Source: Mobula hypostoma (taxonomy: Eukaryota). Taken from it: a stretch of 64,000 nucleotides of DNA. Made by a program: the position numbers and the translations under genes. Shown here piece by piece: positions 37,427-46,669 of the stretch (the first letter of the stretch is position 1; the number at the start of each line of letters is the position of its first letter). The stretch lies in contig NC_086097.1 in assembly GCF_963921235.1 (NCBI RefSeq), positions 117,926,001 to 117,990,000 on the forward strand, given 5' to 3'. Under the pieces are notes generated by a model. The model was not told the DNA's origin. It did no database searches and saw only the letters and a program-made list of their open reading frames with translations.

Positions 37427-39466
37427 GCCTACTTCTTCGGCAAGGACTCTTCCACCCCCACCGATGACCCCTTCTCCCGTCTTCGACCCTCTTCTTCTTC
37501 ATGGACACCCCGCTCTGGTCTTCTGCCTGCTCTGGATCTCTTTATCGCTAACTGCCAACGGGACATCAACCGTCTCAACTTCACCGCACCTTGTCCCCAT
37601 TCCAACCTCACTCCTTCGGAACGCTCTGCTCTCCACTCCCTCCGCACTAATCCTAACGTTATTATTAAACCCGCCGATAAGGGGGGTGCTGTTGTAGTCT
37701 GGCGTACTGACCTCTACCTTGCCGAGGCACAGCGACAACTCGCGGATACCTCCTCTTATTTACCCCTCGATCGTGACCCCACTAAGGAGCACCAGGCCAT
37801 TGTCTCCCACACCATCACCGACTTTATCCGCTCAGGGGATCTCCCATCCACTGCCACCAACCGTATAGTTCCCACACCCCGCACTTCCCGTTTCTACCTC
37901 CTACCCAAGATCCACAAACCTGCCTGTCCTGGCCGACCTATTGTCTCAGCTTGCTCCTGCCCCACCGAACTCATTTCTGCATACCTCGACACTGTTTTAT
38001 CACCCCTTGTTCAATCCCTTCCGACCTATGTTCGTGACACTTCTCATGCTCTTAAACTTTTCGATGATTTTAAGTTCCCTGGCCCCCACCGCTTTATTTT
38101 CACCATGGATGTCCAGTCCTTATATACTTCCATCCCCCATCAGGAAGGTCTCACAGCTCTACGCTTCTTTTTGGATTCCAGACCTAATCAGTTCCCCTCT
38201 ACCACCACTCTGCTCCGTCTAGCGGAATTAGTCCTTACTCTTAATAATTTCTACTTTGGCTCCTCCCAATTCCTCCAAACTAAACGTGTAGCTATGGGCA
38301 CCCGTATGGGTCCTAGCTATGCCTGCCTTTTTGTTGGCTTTGTGGAACAATCTATGTTCCGTGCCTATTCTGGTATCTGTCCCCTACTTTTCCTTCGCTA
38401 CATCGATGACTGCATTGGCGCTGCTTCCTGCACGCATGCAGAACACGTTGACTTTATTAACTTTGCCTCCAACTTTCACCCTGCCCTCAAGTTTACCTGG
38501 TCCATTTCCAACACCTCCCCCCCCTTTCTAGATCTTTCTGTCTCTGTCTCTGGAGACAGCTTATCCACTGATGTCTACTATAAGCCTACTGACTCTCACA
38601 GCTATCTGGACTATTCCTCTTCTCACCCTGTCTCTTGCAAAAACGCCATCCCCTTCTCGCAATTCCTCCTTCTCCGCCGCATCTGCTCTCAGGATGAGGC
38701 TTTTCATTCTAGGACGAGGGAGATGTCTTCCTTTTTTAAAGAAAGGGGCTTCCCTTCCTCCACTATCAACTCTGCTCTTAAACGCATCTCCCCCATTTCA
38801 CATACATCTGCTCTCACTCCATCCTCCCACCACCCCACTAGGAATAGGGTTCCCCTGGTCCTCACCTACCACCCCACCAGCCTCCGGGTCCAACATATTA
38901 TTCTCCGTAACTTCCGCCACCTCCAACGGGATCCCACCACTAAGCACATCTATCCCTCCCCCCCTCTCTCTGCATTCTGCAGGGATCGCTCCCTACACAA
39001 CTCCCTTGTCCATTCGTCCCCCCCATCCCTCCCCACTGATCTCCCTCCTGGCACTTATCCCTGTAAGCGGAACAAGTGCTACACATGCCCTTACACTTCC
39101 TCCCTTACCACCATTCAGGGCCCCAAACAGTCCTTCCAGGTGAGGCATCACTTCATCTGTGAGTCGACTGGGGTGATATACTGTGTCCGGTACTCCCGAT
39201 GTGGCCTTTTATATATTGGCGAGACCCGACGCAGACTGGGAGACCGCTTTGCTGAACATCTACGCTCTGTCCGCCAGAGAAAGCAGGATCTCCCAGTGGC
39301 CACACATTTTTATTCCACATCCCATTCCCATTCTGACATGTCTATCCACGGCCTCCTCTACTGTAAAGATGAAGCCACACTCAGGTTGGAGGAACAACGC
39401 CTTATATTCCGTCTGGGTAGCCTCCAACCTGATGGCATGAACATCGACTTCTCTAACTTCCGCTAA
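37427..39466 (+). CDS. PLE reverse transcriptase plus GIY-YIG endonuclease; frame appears open from the TGA at 37424-37426, first ATG at 38105
   Basis: 453-aa ORF in the track plus in-frame upstream PLE motifs read by eye; upstream frameshift and stop indicate an inactive copy. Confidence 0.8.
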   Translation, partial: AYFFGKDSSTPTDDPFSRLRPSSSSWTPRSGLLPALDLFIANCQRDINRLNFTAPCPHSNLTPSERSALHSLRTNPNVIIKPADKGGAVVVWRTDLYLAEAQRQLADTSSYLPLDRDPTKEHQAIVSHTITDFIRSGDLPSTATNRIVPTPRTSRFYLLPKIHKPACPGRPIVSACSCPTELISAYLDTVLSPLVQSLPTYVRDTSHALKLFDDFKFPGPHRFIFTMDVQSLYTSIPHQEGLTALRFFLDSRPNQFPSTTTLLRLAELVLTLNNFYFGSSQFLQTKRVAMGTRMGPSYACLFVGFVEQSMFRAYSGICPLLFLRYIDDCIGAASCTHAEHVDFINFASNFHPALKFTWSISNTSPPFLDLSVSVSGDSLSTDVYYKPTDSHSYLDYSSSHPVSCKNAIPFSQFLLLRRICSQDEAFHSRTREMSSFFKERGFPSSTINSALKRISPISHTSALTPSSHHPTRNRVPLVLTYHPTSLRVQHIILRNFRHLQRDPTTKHIYPSPPLSAFCRDRSLHNSLVHSSPPSLPTDLPPGTYPCKRNKCYTCPYTSSLTTIQGPKQSFQVRHHFICESTGVIYCVRYSRCGLLYIGETRRRLGDRFAEHLRSVRQRKQDLPVATHFYSTSHSHSDMSIHGLLYCKDEATLRLEEQRLIFRLGSLQPDGMNIDFSNFR

Positions 39467-39761
39467 GGCCCCACCTCCCCCTCGTACCCCATCTGTTACT
39501 CATTCTTATGCACACATTCTTTCTCTCACTCTCCTTTTTCTCCCTCTGTTCCTCTGAATATACCTCTTGCCCATCCTCTGGGTCACACCCCCCCCCGTCC
39601 TTCTTCCCAGACCTCCTGTCCCATGATCCTCTCATATCTCCTTTTGCCTATCACCTGTCCAGCTCTCGGCTCTATCCCTCCCCCTGCTCTCTTCTCCTAT
39701 CATTTTGGATCTCCCCCTCCCCCTCCAACTTTCAAATCCCTTACTCACTCTTCCTTCAGTT

Positions 39762-39797
39762 AGTCCTGACGAAGGGTCTCGGCCTGAAACGTCGACT
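39762..39797 (+). ncRNA. Minimal type I hammerhead ribozyme motif
   Basis: AGTC-CTGACGA-AGGgtctcggCCT-GAAA-CG-TC-GACT: stem I AGTC/GACT, CUGANGA and GAAA boxes, GUC triplet. Confidence 0.75.
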
Positions 39798-42700
39798 GCA
39801 CCTCTTCCTAGAGATGCTGCCTGGCCTGCTGCGTTCACCAACAACTTTGATGTGTGTTGCTTGAATTTCCAGCATCTGCAGAATTCCTGTTGGTTGCCTA
39901 TGTTGACATGATTGTCACCTCCCTTCCAGTGTCTCCTGAGAGAACAGGGAAGATTAGTAAAACAACAAGGCCAGGTGAAACAAGAAAGAACTCAAAGATA
40001 CAAAGCAGACGGGATGGCCTGCAGCTAGAAATGACTGTCCAATGTGTATTTTTGCTTATTGGACGTGCAGAGCTGAAATGCCAGTGGTGAAAGATATGGT
40101 CTTCAAAGGGTACAGGTTTATGTTTCCAGTATTGCTATGCAAGGAAATGCTCCAGAAGATACAGTACATGAAAGGCATCTTGGTGAGGAAAAATGTAAAT
40201 GTAGAGCTCATGAGGTGATGTACTAGCCAAGAATGAACCAAGATATCAGCTTGAATCAAGATATTGCTTCATGTGAAATATGCCTTACCTACAGACCAAA
40301 GCAGAACGCAGAACCACTTACATCACACCCTGTATCAGACAGTCTGTACTTCAAAGTAGGAGTGGATTTGATTGATTGTAATTAGAAGAGTTATATTGTT
40401 GTAAGAGACTACTTTTCTGATTACCCAGAGTTTGCAACACTGCAATCAACATCCAGCAAGGCGATCATCACCTTCCGAAAGATGTGTTTCTGAGGCATGG
40501 AGTTCCATGTGAAGTGGTATCAGACAATGGTCCACAATTTTCAAGCTGTGAGTTTCAGTCCTTTGCCATTGATTGGGGGTTTAAAAATAAAACTTCAAGC
40601 CCACATCACCTAAAATCTAATAGCTTAGCAGAGAGTTCAGTCAAGGTAGTGAAGGACTTCAAGAAGAAAGGACAAGATGAATGAGAGGATTTCCACAAAA
40701 GTCTGATGATTTACAAAAATGTGCCACTGCAGAATGGCCTTTTACCAGCCCATATGCTGATGGGTTGATGCATACACACTAACCTTCCAGTCGACACCTA
40801 AAGGAGCCCACAAGATCAAATTGGCTAAAGTAAAAGAGAACGAGAAACCAATGCAGTATTATGACAAGACTATGAAAAGCCTACCAGTCCTGAAGCCTGA
40901 ACATCAAGTGCAAATCCAAGACCAAGATTCTGGTACATGGTCCATGCAAGGATATGTGCAAGAGGAAGCAGCTCCACATTCCTACCAGATCCAGACAGAG
41001 AGAGGAACACCTCTGAGAAGTAACTACATGGATCTACAACCATAAGCTCCAACCCTGTCACCTGCCAGTTTACCAAAGGGGCCAGCATTTGTAAACATTG
41101 AATATGTTGATCAGAATTCTCAGAAAGACACAAATATTAAGCAGCCTAAGCAAGCAATGCACCTGTGGAAATAAATAGCAGACTAAAAATGTCCATTAAA
41201 CCACCTCAGAGGCCAATTGAAAGTTGTTGAGTGGATTAGACAGTGCAGTTGCTCATTACCATTGAAGTTGAAATAGTGAACAGTTGAAAATTTGAAAGAA
41301 AAGAAGAGACTGACAATGGAATGTAGATATCTTTTTTGGGAAGATTTGTTGTTCTCTGCAGTCCTATAAGGACATAGAATTGTGTTTGTTTTCCTTCCAA
41401 GAGGGACATGTATTATTATGTGTGCATAATAAAGAACTTCAGTTGCCAGTGGGCAATGTGAGGAGTTCACCCAGAACCAGAAACTATGAAGGCTGTGCAC
41501 ACAGAGCATTGAGCAGCTGTTCAGCAATAAAATGTTCTAACATAAACTCACACCAAGTTAGTCTTGGCCTGAAACGTTGACTGTACCTCTTCTTAGAGAT
41601 GCTGCCTGGCCTGCTGCATTCACCAGCAACTTTGATGTGTGTTGCAGGAGTAGTCCATTCGGCCCTTCGAGCCTGCACTGCCATTCAGTATGATCATGGC
41701 TGATCATCCAACTCAGAACCCTGTACCAGCCTTCCCTCCATATCCCCTGATCCCTTTAGCCACAAGGGCCATATCTAACTCCCTCTTAAATATAGCCAAT
41801 GAACTGGCCTCAACTGTTTCCTGTGGCAGAGAATTCCACAGATTCACCACTCTCTGTGTGAAGAAGTTTTTCCTCATCTCGGTCCTAAAAGGCTTCCCCT
41901 TTGTCCTCAAACTGTGACCTCTCGTTCTGGACTTCTCCAACATCTGGAACAATCCTCCTGCATCTAACCTGTCCAATCCCTTTAGGATTTTATACGTTTC
42001 AATAATATGCCCCCTCAATCTTCTAAATTCCAACAAATATAAGCCTAGTCGATCCAGTCTTTCATCATATGAAAGTCCTGCCATCCCAGGAATCAATCTG
42101 GTGAACCTTCTTGGTACTCCCTCTATGGCAAGGATGCCTTTCCTCAGATTAGGGGACCAAAACTGCACACAATGCTCCAGGTGTGGTCTCACCAAGGCCT
42201 TGTACAAATGCAGTAGTACCTCCCTGCTCCTGTATTCAAATCCTCTTGCTATGAATGCCAGCATACCATTTGCCTTTTTCACCGCCTGCTGTACCTGCAT
42301 GCCCACTTTCAATGACTGGTGTATAATGACACCCAGATCTCGTTGCACCTCCCCTTTTCCTAATCGGCCACCATTCAGATAATAATCTGTTTTCCTGTTT
42401 TTGCCACCAAAGTGGATAACCTCACATTTATCCACATTAAATTGCATCTGCCATGAATTTGCCCACTCACCCAACCTATCCATGTCACCCTGCATCCTCT
42501 TAGCATCCTCCTCACAGCTAACACTGCTGCCCAGCTTCATGTCATCCGCAAACTTGGAGAAGCTGCATTTAATTCCCTCATCTAAGTCATTAAGATATAT
42601 CGTAAACAACTGGGGTCCCAGCACTGAGCCTTGCGGTACCCCATTAGTCACTGCCTGACATTCTGAAAAGTTCCCGTTTATTCCCACTCTTTGCTTCCTG

Positions 42701-43026
42701 TCTGCCGACCAATTCTCTATCCACATCAGTACCTTACCCCCAATGCCGTGTGCTTTAAGTTTGCACACTAATCTCCTGTGTGGGACCTTGTCAAAAGCCT
42801 TTTGAAAATCCAAATATACCACAATCACTGGTTCTCCCCTATCCACTCTACTAGTTACATCCTCAAAAAATTCTATGAGATTTGTCAGACATGATTTTCC
42901 TTTCACAAATCCATGCTGACTTTGTCCGATGATTTCACAGCTTTTCAAATGTGCTGTTATCACATCTTTGATAACTGACTCTAGCATTTTCCCCACCACT
43001 GATGTCAGGCTAACTGGTCTATAATT

Positions 43027-43247
43027 CAAACAACAGGAATTCTGCAGATGCTGGAAATTCAAGCAACATACATCAAAGTTGCTGGTGAATGCAGCAGGCC
43101 AGGCAGCATCTATAGGAAGAAGCGCAGTCGACGTTTCAGGCCGAGACCCTTCGTCCTGACGAAGGGTCTCGGCCTGAAACGTCGACTGCGCTTCTTCCTA
43201 TAGATGCTGCCTGGCCTGCTGCGTTCACCAGCAACTTTGATGTATGT
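43027..43247. mobile_element. Fold-back mini-element made of the PLE terminus, 12-13-bp TSD
   Basis: ~92-bp near-perfect inverted arms (43064-43155 and 43158-43249); TGGTCTATAATT(C) at 43015-43027 and 43248-43260. Confidence 0.95.
43153..43186 (+). ncRNA. Hammerhead ribozyme motif at the hairpin centre
   Basis: GTC-CTGACGA-AGGgtctcggCCT-GAAA-CG-TC-GAC. Confidence 0.65.
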
Positions 43248-45444
43248 TGGTCTATAATTCCCCAGTTTCTCTCTCCCTCCTTTTTTTAAAAAGTGGGGTT
43301 ACATTAGCCACCCTCCAATCCTCAGGAACTAATCCAGAATCTAAAGAGTTTTGAAAAATTATCACTAATGCATCCACTATTTCTTGGACTACTTCCTTAA
43401 GTACTCTGGGATGCAGACCATCTGACCCTAGGGATTTATCTGCCTTTAATCCCTTCAATTTACCTAACACCACTTCCCTAATAACATGTATTTCCCTCAG
43501 TTCCTCAGTCTCACTGGACCCTCTGTCCCCTACTATTTCTGGAAGATCATTTATGTCCTCCTTAGTGTAGACAGAACCAAAGTAATTATTCAATTGATCT
43601 GCCGTGTCCTTGCTCCCCATAATCAATTCGCCTGTTTCTGTCTGTAGGGGACCTACATTTGTCTTAACCAATCTTTTTCTTTTCACATATCTATAAACAC
43701 TTTTACAGTCAGTTTTTATGTTCCCTGCCAGTTTTCTCTCATAATCTTTATTCCCTTTCCTAATTAAGCCCTTTTTCCTCCTCTGCTGGACTCTGAATTT
43801 CTCCTAGTCCTCAGGTGAGGCACTTTTTCTGGCTAATTTGTATGTTTCTTCTTTGGAATTGATACTATCCCTAATTTCCCTTGTCAGCCACGGGTGCACT
43901 ATCTTCCCTGATTTATTCTTTTGCCAAACTGGGATGAACAATTGTTGTAGTTCATCCATGCGATCTTTAAATGCTTGCCATTGCATATCCACCGTCAACC
44001 CTTTAAGTGTTATTTGCCAGTCTATCTTCTTTAAGTTTGGAAACTTTGTTTCTGAATTAACTATGTCACTCTCCATCTTAATGAAGAATTCCACTATATT
44101 ATGGTCACTCTTACCCAAGGGGCCTCTCACGACAAGATTGCTAACTAACCCTTCCTCATTGCTCAATACCCAGTCTAGAATAGCCTGCTCTCTAATTGGT
44201 TCTTTGACACGTTGGTTCAAAAAACCATCCCGCATCCATTCCAAGAAATCCTCTTCCTCAGCATCCTTACAATTTGATTCACCCAATCTATATGTAGATT
44301 GAAGTCACCATTATAACTGCTGTTCCTTTATTGCATGCATTTCTAATTTCCTGTTTAATACCATCCCCAACCTCACTACTACTGTTAGGTGGCCTGTACA
44401 CAACTTTCACCACCGGTTTCTGCCCTTTAGTGTTAAGCAGCTCTACCCATATCGATTCCACATCCTCCCGGCTAATGTCCTTCCTTCCTATTACAGTAAT
44501 CTCCTCTCTAACCAGCAATGCTTCTGCACCTCCTTTTCTTTCATGTCTATCCCTCCCGAATATTGAATATCCCTGAATGTTGAGCTCCCATCCTTCGTCA
44601 CCCTGGAGCCATGAGCCATGTCTCTGTGATCCCAACTATATCATAGTCATTAATAACAATCTGCACTTTTAATTCATCCACCTTGTTATGAATGCTCCTT
44701 GCATTGACACACAAAGCCTTCAGGTTTGCTTTTGCAACATTCTTAGCCCTTATACAATTATGTTGAAAAGCGGCCCTTTTTGATTTTTGCCCTGGATTTG
44801 CCGGCCTGCCACTTTTACTTTTCACCTTACTACTTTTTGCTTCTACCCTCATTTTACACCCCTCTGTCTCTCTGCACTTGTTCCCATTCCCCTGTTGTGA
44901 ACTAACCTCCTCTCTCCTAGTCTCTTTAATTTGATTCCCAGGTTGTACTTCTTCCCCTCCTCCCACCATCTTATTCTGGCCTCTTCCTTTCCACTCCTGA
45001 TCAGGCTCTTGGCCCAAAACATCGACTGTTTATTCCTCTCCATAGGTTCTGCCTGACCTGCCACCTCCTCCAGCATTTTCTGTGTTACTCTGGTTAATCA
45101 GAACATGCAAAATCTTTTGTGATTAAAATTAAAGCCTACAAATATTATGAAATTGTTTAGAAATTGATTTTTATATATAAAGGCATTTAAAAATTCACAC
45201 ATTTGTTTAAAAACTCCTAAGTGAATGTAAAATTTCAGTAACCCTTACCCAGAAGTATTGAGTTTAATACCATGGAAGTAAAGAGCGTGCCAGCCTACAG
45301 AGTCTCATGAGAAGTGATCACATTGAACCTATTCAAACATACCATTTCATAGATACCATTGAGGAAGATGTTTGGAAGCACCAGGAGAACTTCAGCAATG
45401 ATTTGATGCTGAACTTAGAAAGTTGCCAAGAAATCTCCTAAGGA

Positions 45445-46112
45445 AGTCTCTACTTCCTTAGGAGTCTGAGGATATTCATCAAGACATCTAAAGCTTTGAC
45501 AATCTAAAGATGTGTCGTGGACAACATATTGTCTGACTACATCGTGGCCTGGTATGGAAACAGCAATGCTCTAGAACAGAAAACCCTACAAAAAATAGTG
45601 GATTTGGCCCAGTACATCACAAGTAATGCCCTCCCAACCATTGAGCACATCTACATAAAACACTGTCGTAGGAAAGCAGCAGCCATTATCAGAGATCCTC
45701 ACCACACAGGTCATATTCGCTTCATCCTGCTGTCATCAGGCAGAAGATACAGGAGCCTCAGGACTTGCATCACCAAGTTAAAAAACAGTTACTACCCCTC
45801 AACCATCAAGCTCCTGAATAGAAGGGGATAACTACACTCATTTGCTCATCATTGAAAATTCAATCATTTTAAGGGCTCTTTATCTCATTATCTCATGTTC
45901 TTGTTACTTACTACTATTTATTTAAATTTACATTTGCCCAGTTTGTTGTCTTATGTACTCTGGTTGATCCTTCATTGATCCTGTTATAGTTACTAATTAT
46001 CCAGTAGGTTTGCTGAGTTCCTAATTATTTGGTAGGTTTGCTGAGTACGCCCACAGGAAAATGAATCTACATAAATGATAACGTATATGAACTTTGATAA
46101 TAAACTTTACTT
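45445..46112 (+). mobile_element. Rex/Babar-like LINE 3' fragment
   Basis: IVAWYGNS..LQKIV..AQYIT..AIIRDPHHTGH..LLSSGRRYRS..NSYYPSTIKLLN; ends GATAATAAAC. Confidence 0.85.
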
Positions 46113-46669
46113 AGAAACTTTGATGTTCTGATATTGTCAGCAGGTATTTCTGACTTTCCACCAGACTTCTCATGCCAACTCTCCACACACTCCTTTCTCC
46201 TATAAGAAAGTGAAGAACTGCAATTGAGTTAAAAACTGAGCTGAACAGGAGAACAAGGGAGACGCAAATATGATACTGTTGATGAATCAACTCAGGTACT
46301 GACGTTGTCCACATTTTGGAAGACAGTTTAAGAGCTGGGATCCATGAGAGAACAGATCAAGGAACAAGCCGGGAAGCAAGGTGCCAGAAAGCGAAGTTTA
46401 ATCAAAGTCGTTTTACAAGTGTTATAAAGCACTATAATCATAAATTACAATGTGCAATGCTCTATTGCAGTTGTACCAATTCTTCTGGAAACAGTTAATA
46501 ACATAGGTCGAATTGCTATGGCAAAACTGAGATGCAATGCAAAGTCTATGTCAGATCCAATCAGGGAGGATTGTGCTGGGGACAGTCTCCAAGTGTTACC
46601 ATGCTTCTAGTGCCAACATAGCAAGCCCACAACTTACCAACCTAAGCCTAAGACTTTAGAATGTATGAG

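Larger units (their letters stand above)
37022..39896 (+). mobile_element. Penelope-like (Neptune-type) retroelement, near-complete RT-GIY-YIG
   Basis: KPADKG, LPKIHK..GRPIVS, MDVQSLYT, RYIDD, CKRNKCYTC, VIYC..YIGET; degenerate TSD CCTACGTTGATAT (37009-37021) and CCTATGTTGACAT (39897-39909). Confidence 0.95.
32679..41562 (+). mobile_element. Old Ty3/Gypsy (Mag-like) LTR element with three nested insertions
   Basis: Short diverged LTRs 32679-32861 and 41409-41562 (shared GCATAATAAAGAACTTCAGTT); PBS-like TGCTGTCAGAAG; gag MDKLSPPTPMQFSGNL..MFERYKFF..CEFGNL..VRDRIV; RNase H near 36630-36960; integrase RHGVPCEVVSDNGPQF..SSPHH..SN.LAE. Confidence 0.85.
41643..44940 (-). mobile_element. CR1 LINE with nearly complete, frameshifted ORF2 (APE plus RT)
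   Basis: LCVNARSI..IVGITETWL, VYRPP, LGKSDH, LDFQKAFDKV, KFADD; interrupted at 43027-43247. Confidence 0.95.

Noticed and set aside
41713..43062. 449-aa ORF as an intact chimeric gene
   Set aside because: Its start (MNFQHLQNSCCL) comes by chance from the inserted hairpin element; the rest is an interrupted CR1 RT.
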